Numbered from the stretch's first letter, positions 51,722 to 61,812 are shown. The stretch is DNA of 64,000 nucleotides from an uncultured Verrucomicrobiae bacterium (GCA_963756875.1 CAVWPA010000003.1:1216001-1280000), one strand, 5' to 3'. Notes: a model not told the origin generated them from the letters alone. Program-made: numbers and translations.

Positions 51722-51787
51722 GGCAAGCGCATCGCTTGTCGCTTGCCACATTCTGGTTCGGCAACCGGAGCGGTCGCCCTACAATTC
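51713..51787. repeat. Family C palindrome providing both convergent stop codons
   Basis: GAATTGTAGGGC...GCCCTACAATTC. Confidence 0.85.
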
Positions 51788-52207
51788 GCGTCGATTTGTT
51801 AATTCGCGAAAATATTCCGCGACATTCGGTTTTAAATAAAAATACCAGGCCGAAAGGCAGCCGGCGACGGTCGCGTTCACGATGGCGCGCCACATGATAA
51901 TTGGCCGAATTAGATTCAACGCGCCCATTGCGATGCCATAAACCGCGATCAGACCAAACATCGTAATTACGAGATGACGCGACCATGTTTTTTGTGTGGC
52001 GAATCCGTACGAAATGAGCGCCATCAGGATTCCAATGACAGCGACGAGCGGCGCGGCAATATGCAGCCATTCCGCACGCGTGACGCGTTCGCCGCCCATG
52101 ATCGCCGGGCCAGTTCCGGAATAGACGAGCAGGATCGAGAAATACATTCCGGCGGACGCGAGGGTGGCAAGCCAGATCAGGATTCGGATCACGAACGGTT
52201 TCTTCAT
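51779..52207 (-). CDS. Hypothetical membrane protein (4 TM)
   Basis: Four hydrophobic helices, WYFYLKPNVAEYF tail. Confidence 0.7.
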   Translation of the reverse strand: MKKPFVIRILIWLATLASAGMYFSILLVYSGTGPAIMGGERVTRAEWLHIAAPLVAVIGILMALISYGFATQKTWSRHLVITMFGLIAVYGIAMGALNLIRPIIMWRAIVNATVAGCLSAWYFYLKPNVAEYFRELTNRREL

Positions 52208-52334
52208 CTCGGAATCAAGATCTCACGTGACAGAGTTTTTTACAGGGGAAAGCAGTTTGCTTTCATCCGAGCTGGACTGGCATTGCGAGACCCTGGTGCG
52301 TGAGTAGTCCCCCACGTGAACCGCGAGGCTCTCT

Positions 52335-52497
52335 GGGGAGCGCACGCGCCTCGCGTGCTAACGCGAGTCCGGCTCGGACCGATGGCGCCCTCGCCGTCGC
52401 GAACTTTCCCCCCTTTTCCGCTCGAGTCTTGCAGGTATCCCGCAGAGTTCGTTGCGGCGAGGCGCCGCAACCAGCACGCGAGGCGCGTGCGCTCCCC
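52335..52497. repeat. REP-like palindrome family A, intergenic full-length copy
   Basis: GGGGAGCGCACGCGCCTCGCGTGCT ... AGCACGCGAGGCGCGTGCGCTCCCC, 25-bp perfect inverted termini. Confidence 0.9.
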
Positions 52498-52675
52498 GGA
52501 GCTGAGCCGCTTTGCCTCGCTCTGTGGATGCGCTCCCTCGGGCGCCTAATCCATCACGGCGACAGCGCCTTTGCCTCGGCTACGGCGCGCCATGGACCGA
52601 CGTGGCTACAGCCGCAGCTAGGCCGACACCGCGTTCGAAATGATTACCCAGAGGATGAGGAACAGTGACATAACC

Positions 52676-53326
52676 TTACTCCTTTTGCCGGATCGATCCG
52701 GCGCCGCTGATATGTTTCTCGATGGTAGGCGGGTTGCCCGTGTAAGTGACCTTGCCCGCACCGGTGATGGAAACCTTTAAAGTCTCGGAAACCGCAACAT
52801 CGGCTTTGGCCGCGCCGCTGGTCGAAATTTGGACGGTCCTGGTTTGCAGATTGGCCGCGCTCAGTTTGCTGGCGCCGGTCGTTTCGGCCAGGAGCTCATC
52901 GACGTGCCCGTCGAGCGTCACCTTGGCCGCCCCTGTGCATTCCAAGGCGAACCTCGCACCCGTAAGCTGGCTCGCGGTCAACCGGCACGCGCCGGTGAGC
53001 TCAGCGGCGGACCGCGTCGGGCTGGAAATCACGACTTTGATGCTATCTGTCGGCCGCAGGTTATCGTGGGAACGCAGCCGCAGCCGATGATCGACGATTT
53101 TGTTGTCGATATGCTGCAGAAGATTCTCGTCGGTCGTAATGCTGAGAGCCGGCGGGCCACTGCGCCATTCGATATCAAACATGCCGTGTGCCTCAATTTC
53201 GGAGAAGTCCCCGACCGCCCGGTTGTTGGTGACAATGTGCCCGTTGCCCCGGATGCCCATCCAGTGTCCGCAACCGGTGAGAAAAAGGGCCGAAGCTGCA
53301 AGCGCTGCGATCGTGATTCTGTTCAT
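52676..53326 (-). CDS. Lipoprotein with head GIN (DUF2807) domain
   Basis: Lipobox FLTGC, IRGNGH, DENLL, repeated TGA/SGA beta-solenoid units, YTGNP. Confidence 0.85.
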   Translation of the reverse strand: MNRITIAALAASALFLTGCGHWMGIRGNGHIVTNNRAVGDFSEIEAHGMFDIEWRSGPPALSITTDENLLQHIDNKIVDHRLRLRSHDNLRPTDSIKVVISSPTRSAAELTGACRLTASQLTGARFALECTGAAKVTLDGHVDELLAETTGASKLSAANLQTRTVQISTSGAAKADVAVSETLKVSITGAGKVTYTGNPPTIEKHISGAGSIRQKE

Positions 53327-53479
53327 AATAACTGGTTCCTTTGATGAGATGCGTTGATTGGCGTGTTTGGATTCAATTTTTTGAGGTTTTACCGGCGTAC
53401 GACTTTGGGCTCGGCCGGAAGCCCATACCAGGAGGGGCCTTCGGGAGAGCAAAGATGCTGACCGACGGCGAATTGTGAC

Positions 53480-53971
53480 CTAGTCGCCGGTCTTCACGGC
53501 ATCTTCCCAGTGTTGCTGCCAGGCATCGAAATCAAAATCACTGTCGGGAGGAAGAATCGCCTCGACCATCTCTCCTACCTTGTCGGTGAGATCTTCTGTG
53601 ATCCTGCCTGGCACGTACAACCGGCCAATCGTCCCTTCGTCTTCACCGGTCGGGTTATCCAGCACTTGTTCGTCACGCGCCACTTTGTCGAGATCGTCAA
53701 AATATTGATCCAGGGCCTTTAAAGCTGCCGGTTTGTCCTTGTAGTAAGCTTTGACCAAATCGCGGAGCATTCCTTTGATTTGGTCGTTTAACTGGCCCGT
53801 CGCTTCGACCATGTTCGAGGTAACCCCGGTGTCCGCTTTTGAATGGAACTCCTTTTTGATTGCGGTCATTCGCTCCGGGAGCGCATTGATGAGTTGGAAA
53901 TCATCGGCAAGCGCGCTCAGGCCGGAGATTAGAAGCAACAGTGCGATCGATAGGTTCAATCTCATACGCAT
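53480..53971 (-). CDS. Secreted hypothetical protein
   Basis: Signal peptide (..SALA-DD), helical acidic body. Confidence 0.65.
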   Translation of the reverse strand: MRMRLNLSIALLLLISGLSALADDFQLINALPERMTAIKKEFHSKADTGVTSNMVEATGQLNDQIKGMLRDLVKAYYKDKPAALKALDQYFDDLDKVARDEQVLDNPTGEDEGTIGRLYVPGRITEDLTDKVGEMVEAILPPDSDFDFDAWQQHWEDAVKTGD

Positions 53972-54184
53972 ATGCTAACCGGACGAAGTCTGTTCGACGA
54001 GAACTTTGGCTTTTTGCCTTACTTCCTTTACCTGCCTCGCCGGCATCACGGCTTATGCTGGGGTTGTCGATCAAGCGGGGAGGTGCGCCAACGCACCCTT
54101 AAGCTGAGCGGTCGGCACTTTGAATGAATACCGTGGGATCGGCCACTTCGATTGCCGCGAATTCAAATCAGCGATGATTGAAAC

Positions 54185-55192
54185 CTACTTTGCGATTTTA
54201 ACCTTTACGGTCTCGGTGAGCGCGTCGTCGACGTAGAATTCCGCGCGGTAATTTCCCGGCAGCCAGCCATCTTTGGGGCGGGCCAGAGTAAAGATGCCGT
54301 GCGAGCCTGGCGTTTCGGCGACAGTAGAGGCTTCGTCGATCTGGTAGTCGGCCACGACGCCGGGAACGTTTTCCGCAATCCACACCATGCGAATATCCGC
54401 CTGTTTGCGCAGACCGCGCCCCTGCCACCGCGCATAAATGTTTGGCGTATCCGATGCAAAGATCGTGTTGAACTCTCCAATCGGGTTCTTCGATAGCCCG
54501 ACCGAGAGCTTTGGAGATTCGACTACCGGTTTCAGCCCGGGTGCAGCTGCGATTTTTGGCAATTGCTTGAGCTCCAGCGACGTTCGTTGCAACAAACCGC
54601 CCGCGGGCGCGCGGATGGTTGTCACGACTTTGACAAACCCGGTCCCGGGCACGAACCAGCGATCGATGCTGGCAGCGGTCGGCGCCGTTTGGTCGCAATG
54701 AATTCGCCATGCGCGAAATTTTCCGGCTGGTACATTCACGTTTTCCTGGCCGGTAACCTGGTATTGCTGACTTACCTTTGTATCGCCGATTTTTCCGGCG
54801 AAGCTCCAATTCGTTCCGATTTTCACCGGAGCTGCAAGCATCGTTTGCGGCGGATCGAACTTTACGATCGCGCCTTTTTCATTCATTCGCGCTGAGCAAA
54901 TCATTCCGCGCTTGTCGAACGTGATGAAGTCGGTGCTTGCAAGGGCATCGCCGCGGTACAGCTCGAGTTTCAGAAAATCTTTGCCGTCGAGCAATGCTTT
55001 GCCACCCATGCGATAGCTGACATCGAACCGACTCTTGTCAGGGCTCTCTTCCAAATCGAGCGTGGCATTGGCGGCGTTCTCCTGCGTCATCTGGTAAATC
55101 CAACTCATCCCTGCGTCTGTCGGGATCAGCGGCGCCGCCGCGAAGCAAATCAGCGGTGAGAGTGTGAACGCGACAGCGAGCGCGATTTTCAT
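54185..55192 (-). CDS. Secreted hypothetical protein
   Basis: Signal peptide; VNVPAGKFRA..WFVPGTGFVK domain plus C-terminal Ig-like WLPGNYRAEFYVD. Confidence 0.7.
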   Translation of the reverse strand: MKIALAVAFTLSPLICFAAAPLIPTDAGMSWIYQMTQENAANATLDLEESPDKSRFDVSYRMGGKALLDGKDFLKLELYRGDALASTDFITFDKRGMICSARMNEKGAIVKFDPPQTMLAAPVKIGTNWSFAGKIGDTKVSQQYQVTGQENVNVPAGKFRAWRIHCDQTAPTAASIDRWFVPGTGFVKVVTTIRAPAGGLLQRTSLELKQLPKIAAAPGLKPVVESPKLSVGLSKNPIGEFNTIFASDTPNIYARWQGRGLRKQADIRMVWIAENVPGVVADYQIDEASTVAETPGSHGIFTLARPKDGWLPGNYRAEFYVDDALTETVKVKIAK

Positions 55193-55300
55193 CTTCGGTC
55201 AGACCAAAAGTTTGCCGCAAACGTTCAAAAAGCTACGGCTCGACAAGCAGCCGCCTACGCTCATGCTACGGCGCGCCAAGGGGCGGGCGACGGCCACACC

Positions 55301-56896
55301 ATGACAAATTTTACTCAGACACCCTGTGATGAGCCGATGATCCGCTTCAAAGCGCCGTCAGCACCCTGTGCCAGGGCGTCGGGCCCATGGATTCTCGCGG
55401 CTACGATTCTCGGTTCGAGCATGGCGTTTATCGACGGGACCGTTGTGAACGTGGCGCTTCCCGCGTTGCAAAAAAGTCTGAATGCCAGCGTTGTCGATGT
55501 TCAATGGGTCGTTGAAGCCTATTCGCTGTTGCTCGCCGCCTTGCTGCTCGTGGGTGGTTCGTTAGGCGATCGCTATGGTCGGCGGCGCATCTTCATTCTT
55601 GGCGTGGCACTGTTTTCTCTCGCGTCGGCCTGGTGCGGATTTGCATCCGGCATTCGCCAGCTCGTTTTCGCGCGGGCACTGCAGGGCGCAGGTGGCGCGT
55701 TGCTCGTGCCGGGTAGCCTGGCCATCATCAGCGCGTCGTTCCGCGATGAAGATCGTGGCCGGGCGATTGGCACCTGGTCCGGCTTTACTGCCATCACCGC
55801 GGCGATCGGGCCGGTCGTTGGCGGTTGGTTGATCGAAACAATTTCCTGGCGCGCAGTGTTCTTCCTCAATCTGCCTCTGGCGATCGCCGTGTTGCTGATT
55901 TGTTTTCGCTTTGTGCCGGAGAGCCGGGATGAAGGCGAAAACGCGCGTCTCGATTGGTTCGGCGCCGCGCTGATCACCGTCGGCCTTGGATCGCTGGTGT
56001 ACGGTTTGATTGAATCGTCACAACTCGGCTTTGGTCATTCGACCGTACTGGCGACGCTAATCGCCGGGTCCATGGTGCTGATCGTGTTCCTGTTTGTTGA
56101 AACGCGCGTCCACAATCCCATGTTGCCACTCGAACTATTTCGCTCGCGTGACTTTTTCGGCGCGAATTTGCTGACACTGCTTCTTTACGGCGCACTGGGT
56201 GGAACGTTTTTTTTCCTGCCATTGAATTTGATTCAGGTGCAAGGCTACACGGCGACAGCTGCTGGAGCGGCGTTACTCCCGTTTATCCTGCTCATGTTTT
56301 TCCTTTCTCGCTGGTCGGGCGGCCTGGTGGATCGATATGGCGCGAAGCGTCCACTGATCATCGGTCCGATCGTCGCTGCCGTCGGATTCGCTCTTTTTGC
56401 TGTGCCGGGAGTGGGAGCCGGCTACTGGACGAAATTTTTTCCGGCAACGGTCGTGCTCGGCCTGGGCATGGCCGTGAGCGTCGCTCCGCTCACCACCGCA
56501 GTCATGAACGCCGTTCCCGAAAATCGTGTCGGGATCGCCTCCGGAATTAACAATGCGGTGTCGCGCGCCGCGGGGCTGCTTGCGATCGCCGTGCTTGGTA
56601 TTGTGATGCTTGATGCGTTCAATCGCTCGCTCGATCGAAGTTTGTCTTCCGTAACATTGCCGGCCGCGTTGCGACAATCGGTGGAGGACCAACAGATCAA
56701 GTTGGCGGCGATCGAGCTTCCGAAAGATGTTGCGCCGGCGCAGCGCGAAGTGGTGAGGCAGGCGATCGACAAATCCTTCGTGGCCGGCTTTCGCCGCGTC
56801 ATGTTGATTGGCTCTGCACTCGCCTTAGCGAGCGGAATTGCGTCGTTAACATTTATCGGTGGTCGCAATCGCGCTTCACGATTTCGACAAACCTAA
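55301..56896 (+). CDS. MFS transporter, DHA2 (14-TM) family
   Basis: IDGTVVNVALP, GSLGDRYGRRR motif A, RALQGAG, IGPVVGG, VFFLNLP. Confidence 0.93.
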   Translation: MTNFTQTPCDEPMIRFKAPSAPCARASGPWILAATILGSSMAFIDGTVVNVALPALQKSLNASVVDVQWVVEAYSLLLAALLLVGGSLGDRYGRRRIFILGVALFSLASAWCGFASGIRQLVFARALQGAGGALLVPGSLAIISASFRDEDRGRAIGTWSGFTAITAAIGPVVGGWLIETISWRAVFFLNLPLAIAVLLICFRFVPESRDEGENARLDWFGAALITVGLGSLVYGLIESSQLGFGHSTVLATLIAGSMVLIVFLFVETRVHNPMLPLELFRSRDFFGANLLTLLLYGALGGTFFFLPLNLIQVQGYTATAAGAALLPFILLMFFLSRWSGGLVDRYGAKRPLIIGPIVAAVGFALFAVPGVGAGYWTKFFPATVVLGLGMAVSVAPLTTAVMNAVPENRVGIASGINNAVSRAAGLLAIAVLGIVMLDAFNRSLDRSLSSVTLPAALRQSVEDQQIKLAAIELPKDVAPAQREVVRQAIDKSFVAGFRRVMLIGSALALASGIASLTFIGGRNRASRFRQT

Positions 56897-56902
56897 AATT
56901 CC

Positions 56903-58609
56903 ATGCAACTTCCGCGCATGCCCAAAGCGTGTATCGCGACTCTGTCGCCGCTCCTTCTGGTGTGTTCGATACATTGCTGTCTGGCGACGGGGCCGGCGGT
57001 AGATCGGCATATTGTCATCGTGGCGTGGGATGGAATGCGTCCCGATTTTGTCAGCGAAGAGAATACGCCCACGCTTTGGAAGCTTGCGAGGGAAGGGGTC
57101 ATGTTTCGTAACCATCACGCGGTCTACTTGAGCGCGACCAATGTGAACGGCACGGCGATCGCGACCGGAGTTTACCCGGATCACAGCGGCATCATCGCCA
57201 ATCACGAATATCGCCCCGGGATCGACAGCAAGAAGCCGGTCGATATCGAAGCTGCGCCGGTCGTAACGAAGGGCGACAAAATTTCGAATGGAGAGTATAT
57301 CGCGGCACCGACGGTCTCAGAGCTGGTGCAGAAATCCGGCGGCCGCACCGTGATTGCTGCCAGCAAAACGGTCGGGCTCCTCGAAGATCGGGATGTGGAT
57401 GCTGGCAACGAACCACCCTCACCCGGCGCTTCGCGCTTGCCGAGCCGTAGGTCGCCGCGGCGACCGAAGGCTGGTCCTCCTCTCCCTCAGGGAGAGGGTA
57501 GGGTGAGGGTTCCGGACCGTGGCCAGACTAAAGGTTGCGTCACGTTATTTGCCGGCGTGGCTAAACCCGACGGCGCCCTTGCGCCAATTATTGCCGCGCG
57601 CGGCCCGTTTCCCGCCTCCTTTTTGCAGAGGGACTATTGGACAACGAAGGCTCTGACCGACGTGCTATGGAAGAATGGCGTCCCGGAATTTTCGCTTCTT
57701 TGGCTGGGTGAACCCGACCTGACGCAGCACGAGACCGCGCCGGGGGCGCCGGCGGCGCTAGATGCGATTAAATCCTCCGATTCAAACCTGGGGATCGTTT
57801 TGGCTGCGCTCGATCGAGAACATGCGCGCGAAACGACAGATGTGTTCGTCGTTTCCGATCATGGCTTTTCGACAATCTCACGGGAAGTGAATTTGCCGAA
57901 AATACTGGCTGCCGCGGGATTCGATGTCAGAACAGAATTCAAATCCAAGCCGAAACCGGGCGAAATCATGATGGTCGGTGGCGGCGGCAGTGTCCTTTTT
58001 TATGTGACAGGAAATGAACCGGCGGTAATTCGCCGCCTCGTTGAGTTTCTTCAGCAATCCGATTACGCGGGCGTGATTTTCACGAAGAGCGCGATGCCGG
58101 GAACGTTCACGCTCGAGCAGGCGAAGATCGACAGTAAAGACGCGCCGGATGTGGTGATGTCGTTTCGCTGGAAAGGCGCGCTAAATCAGTTTGGCGTTCC
58201 GGGAATGATCGATGCCGACTGGCAGCGCGCGGCGGGGAAGGGGACGCACGCCACGCTAAGCCGATTTGACATGCACAACACGTTGATCGCAGCCGGCCCG
58301 GATTTTCGCCGCGGCGCGATGGACGATTTGCCGACCGGAAACGTCGATCTGGCGCCGACGATCCTCAAGATTCTTGAAATCCAAAACCCTCATCCGATGG
58401 ATGGCCGTGTTTTGTCAGAAGCGATGGTTGGGACAGATAAGGCAACGCCGGAATCGCAAACGACCACGATCGAAGCGACGAAAGAATTTCCATCGGTAAC
58501 CTGGCGTCAGACACTCCAGATCTCGCGTGTTGGATCCACGATCTATCTTGACGAAGGGAATGGCGAACCGCTTCCGGTCGAGAGAGTGGCGGCTGCGTCG
58601 CGTGATTGA
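56903..58609 (+). CDS. Alkaline phosphatase superfamily nucleotide pyrophosphatase/phosphodiesterase
   Basis: WDGMRPD, T nucleophile region SATNVN, EPDLTQH, VSDHGF, GTH, NVDLAPT; in-frame palindrome insert. Confidence 0.9.
   Translation: MQLPRMPKACIATLSPLLLVCSIHCCLATGPAVDRHIVIVAWDGMRPDFVSEENTPTLWKLAREGVMFRNHHAVYLSATNVNGTAIATGVYPDHSGIIANHEYRPGIDSKKPVDIEAAPVVTKGDKISNGEYIAAPTVSELVQKSGGRTVIAASKTVGLLEDRDVDAGNEPPSPGASRLPSRRSPRRPKAGPPLPQGEGRVRVPDRGQTKGCVTLFAGVAKPDGALAPIIAARGPFPASFLQRDYWTTKALTDVLWKNGVPEFSLLWLGEPDLTQHETAPGAPAALDAIKSSDSNLGIVLAALDREHARETTDVFVVSDHGFSTISREVNLPKILAAAGFDVRTEFKSKPKPGEIMMVGGGGSVLFYVTGNEPAVIRRLVEFLQQSDYAGVIFTKSAMPGTFTLEQAKIDSKDAPDVVMSFRWKGALNQFGVPGMIDADWQRAAGKGTHATLSRFDMHNTLIAAGPDFRRGAMDDLPTGNVDLAPTILKILEIQNPHPMDGRVLSEAMVGTDKATPESQTTTIEATKEFPSVTWRQTLQISRVGSTIYLDEGNGEPLPVERVAAASRD
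57416..57509. repeat. CCCTCACCC..CCTCTCCC..GGGAGAGGG-type palindrome in-frame in the phosphodiesterase
   Basis: CCCTCACCC / GGGTGAGGG termini, internal CCTCTCCCTCAGGGAGAGG and GGTCGCCGCGGCGACC hairpins. Confidence 0.8.
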
Positions 58610-58698
58610 CGGTTCAATTACGGAAATTATAACGGCAGGCTACTCGCTTGGGGATGAAATAGCTTGACCCTTTTGCCGATTTCGCTGAAAAGGGCGCA

Positions 58699-59472
58699 AT
58701 GAAACAGCTGTCTGGCCTAACCATCGCTTTGTTTGCTTGTATCGGACTGGCAATTACCGCCGTGGCCGGTCCTGAGGCGCTCCCGAGCGGCAAGGAAATG
58801 AAGGAAGTGGCCCCGTTGCCGCCGCCGCCGTCCTGTTGCAATTGGACAGGCTTTTATCTCGGTCTGCACGCCGGCGGTCAGTTTGGTCACAGCGAGGACA
58901 AAGATCTCGATTATTGGGATTATCCGGATCAGCCGTGGGGCTATAGCGAATCGGGTTTTGTAGGAGGCGGACAAGCCGGCTACAACTTTCAGTGGCGCTG
59001 GCTCGTTCTCGGACCCGAGTTTGATGCCGGCTACATGAACCTGAATGGACGCGGCTTGCAAAAAGGCACACCAAGCCTGATACAGACTCCCGACTACGGA
59101 TCGAGCGATAGCGATTTTTATACGACGTTTCGCGGACGCATCGGTGTTGCCTACGACTGCTGGTTGTTCTATGGCACGGCCGGCGGCATTGGCGTGAATT
59201 ACGAAACCCGGGATACCCAGTCATACCCTGCCATGGTTCCCAGCGGCACCTTTGATTTTGACGCCAACAAACAAGCTTTTGACTGGGGCTATACCGTTGG
59301 CGGAGGGATCGAACGCAAAATCGGCTGCCACTGGTCACTGAAGGTCGAATATCTTTATTTTGCTTTGGGTACTCAAAGATTCAGCGGTCTTGACGATCGA
59401 GAAAGTCGATATCGTTTCGACGCTGAAACCGCAGGGCATATCGTGCGAGGCGGTTTGAACTACCACTTCTAA
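58699..59472 (+). CDS. Outer-membrane beta-barrel protein, Omp25/RopB-like, copy 1
   Basis: WTGFYLG, GGGQAGYNFQ, RGRIGVA, GYTVGGGIE, WSLKVEYLY, VRGGLNYHF. Confidence 0.88.
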   Translation: MKQLSGLTIALFACIGLAITAVAGPEALPSGKEMKEVAPLPPPPSCCNWTGFYLGLHAGGQFGHSEDKDLDYWDYPDQPWGYSESGFVGGGQAGYNFQWRWLVLGPEFDAGYMNLNGRGLQKGTPSLIQTPDYGSSDSDFYTTFRGRIGVAYDCWLFYGTAGGIGVNYETRDTQSYPAMVPSGTFDFDANKQAFDWGYTVGGGIERKIGCHWSLKVEYLYFALGTQRFSGLDDRESRYRFDAETAGHIVRGGLNYHF

Positions 59473-59633
59473 ACGCACCACACTCGAAAAGAGCTTGGGA
59501 CTTTCTCCGCCGAGGTTGGGTTTACCTGGCCTCGGTGGATTAGCGTACGGGCGTTCTGTCGATGGCTTACTTTGGAGAAAGGGCGTTGATTTGGCGCTTG
59601 ACGAGTCCGCCCTTTTTTAAGAGGAAGCTATTT

Positions 59634-60437
59634 ATGAAGTCCTTAACTCGCCTAACCATCGCAATTTTCGCGAGCGCCTTGCTCGCGCTCACGGCTGTCG
59701 CCGGGACTGAGTCGCTCCCGAGTGGCAAGGAAATGAAGGAGGTGGCGCCGCTTCCGCCTCCGCCACTTTGCGACTGGGCAGGCTTTTACATTGGTGTCCA
59801 CGGTGGCGGCCAGTTCGGCCACAGCGAGACAAACGATTTGGATGAGTATTATTTCTTTGCTCACCATCACTTCGGTTACAGCGAGTCCGGCTTCATCGGC
59901 GGCGGCCAGGCCGGCTACAATTTTCAGTTCCGCAAAATTGTTTTTGGGCCGGAATTCGACCTTGGATACATGAACCTCGACGGCAGCGGCGACGAGCCAC
60001 AGCGTCAAATGTCTATCGGCACCGCGAGTGGAGAAACCGACAGTGATTTTTATGTCACCTTGAGAGGACGCGTCGGATACGCCCTGGATTGGCACGGGTG
60101 CTGGCTGCTTTACGCGACCGGCGGCGCAATTGGAGTCAATTACCACACCCGGTTCGTTGCCGAGCAACTAGGCATGGTCAACGGAACCGACGCATCGAAC
60201 AAGGAGTTTAATTGGGGTCCCACCGTTGGCGGCGGCATTGAGCGCCAGATTGGCCGGCGCTGGTCGATCAAGATTGAGTATCTTTATTTCACTCTCGGCG
60301 AACAGTCATTCAGCGGCGCCGAGGAACGGTTGCGGGTTCCCAACGCCGCCCTGCGACTTCCTTTGAGCGAAGTATATCGATTTGAAGGTGAAACCGCCGG
60401 CCACATCGTGCGCGCCGGCTTGAATTTCCATTTCTAA
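59634..60437 (+). CDS. Outer-membrane beta-barrel protein, Omp25/RopB-like, copy 2
   Basis: Same conserved blocks as copy 1; ends AGLNFHF. Confidence 0.88.
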   Translation: MKSLTRLTIAIFASALLALTAVAGTESLPSGKEMKEVAPLPPPPLCDWAGFYIGVHGGGQFGHSETNDLDEYYFFAHHHFGYSESGFIGGGQAGYNFQFRKIVFGPEFDLGYMNLDGSGDEPQRQMSIGTASGETDSDFYVTLRGRVGYALDWHGCWLLYATGGAIGVNYHTRFVAEQLGMVNGTDASNKEFNWGPTVGGGIERQIGRRWSIKIEYLYFTLGEQSFSGAEERLRVPNAALRLPLSEVYRFEGETAGHIVRAGLNFHF

Positions 60438-60555
60438 ATTAGACTTGGCAACGCGTTGAGGACAACGTGTTCCGCTTTGTTAACGGCCCGGTGGTCGAGC
60501 GCGATTTAGTGAGAACGCACTTGACGAGCCTGCATTTCTCATCCAAAACGAGCCC

Positions 60556-61335
60556 ATGAAACAGCTGTCCATTTTTGCCGTAGCCTTTTTAACTTGTTGC
60601 CTGCTGGCGCTCACCGTGGTCGCCGGGCCTGAGCCGCTTCCCAGCGGCAAGGAAATGAAGGAAGTCGTGCCACCGCCGCCTGAGTGCAATTGGACGGGCT
60701 TTTATCTTGGCTTAAACGCAGGCGGTCAGTTTGGTCATAGTGAAAATACCGACCTGGATGGATACAACACGGCCCCGGGACGTTCCTGGGGATATAGTGA
60801 ATCGGGCTTTAGCGGCGGCGCGCAAGTCGGTTACAACTGGCAATGGCGCTGGCTTGTTCTTGGGCCTGAGTTCGATGGCGGCTACATGAATTTGCATGGG
60901 AGCGGTCTCCAGACTGGTTCTCCTGGTGACACGCATGGAGAAAGCGACAGCGATCTTTTTACTACCTTGCGCGGGCGCATAGGTGTGGCGGTCGGCTGGC
61001 ATGGCCCGTGGTTACTCTATGCGACTGGTGGCGCCATTGGCGTTCACTATACGACCAGAGTGATCGACAACATCGCAATCAGTCCCCCGACCTCGGCCCT
61101 CGAAGATGGCCGGACGACAGATTTTAACTGGGGCTATACTGTTGGCGGCGGCATTGAAAGAAGGTTGGGCTGTCATTGGTCGCTCAAGTTGGAATATCTC
61201 TATTATAGTTTGGGCGATCAATCATTCACCGGACATGAAGCAGACGTCTTCTTCCATGAGGGGACCTTTACCACCGATTGGAGTGGCGAAACAACTGGTC
61301 ACATGGTCCGCGCCGGTTTGAATTTCCATTTCTAG
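60556..61335 (+). CDS. Outer-membrane beta-barrel protein, Omp25/RopB-like, copy 3
   Basis: Same conserved blocks as copy 1; ends AGLNFHF. Confidence 0.88.
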   Translation: MKQLSIFAVAFLTCCLLALTVVAGPEPLPSGKEMKEVVPPPPECNWTGFYLGLNAGGQFGHSENTDLDGYNTAPGRSWGYSESGFSGGAQVGYNWQWRWLVLGPEFDGGYMNLHGSGLQTGSPGDTHGESDSDLFTTLRGRIGVAVGWHGPWLLYATGGAIGVHYTTRVIDNIAISPPTSALEDGRTTDFNWGYTVGGGIERRLGCHWSLKLEYLYYSLGDQSFTGHEADVFFHEGTFTTDWSGETTGHMVRAGLNFHF

Positions 61336-61395
61336 GCGGGTCACGCGCCAGGATCTATTCCAGCGAAGTCGGGCCGGTGACCTGGTTCCGCTGGA

Positions 61396-61424
61396 TTGAC
61401 GTACGGGCGATCTTTCTCTAGCCT
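61396..61424 (+). promoter_or_regulatory. Sigma70-type promoter, probably giving a leaderless mRNA
   Basis: TTGACG-17 bp-TAGCCT, then GTG start 7 nt later. Confidence 0.65.
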
Positions 61425-61431
61425 CATAGGC

Positions 61432-61812
61432 GTGTTTCGAATTGCCGGTCGCGCGGTCACAATCTTCGCGCTTTGCTGCGCGATCGGGTTGCACTGGATC
61501 GCGCTTCAGTCGCTGGCATGGACCACCATGGTAGTTAAGTACGCGAAACAGGTGCCATTGCAGGAAGCGATCGCGAAAACGTTTGATGGCGCGCATCCCT
61601 GTTCGCTTTGTCATGCTGTGAACAAGGCGAGGAATTCCGAGAAGAAATCGAACTTGAAAATGCCTGCACCAAGGCTCGACATGATTTGTGTCGCGCGGAA
61701 ACCCCGCCTCGGTCCGCCTTTTGTTCCATTTCGTTATCCGGTTGCGAGTTTCTCAATTCTCTTTAGCGGCACGTCGCCGCCCGCGCCTCCTCCACGTTTG
61801 CTGCCGGGATAA
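61432..61812 (+). CDS. Small exported CXXC protein with C-terminal PPAPPPRL, CutF/CruR(DUF2946)-like leader
   Basis: Hydrophobic N-terminus, HPCSLCH, SPPAPPPRLLPG-stop; upstream of a barrel gene and copC. Confidence 0.7.
   Translation: MFRIAGRAVTIFALCCAIGLHWIALQSLAWTTMVVKYAKQVPLQEAIAKTFDGAHPCSLCHAVNKARNSEKKSNLKMPAPRLDMICVARKPRLGPPFVPFRYPVASFSILFSGTSPPAPPPRLLPG

Noticed and set aside
54030..54125. Possible structured RNA (GGTGCGCCAACGCACC hairpin region)
   Set aside because: Only a short hairpin; no family I can recognise. An Rfam search would be needed.
58699..61335. Diversity-generating retroelement or invertible cassette behind OMP variation
   Set aside because: No reverse transcriptase, no adenine-specific TR/VR pair, no adjacent invertase; all three genes are complete.
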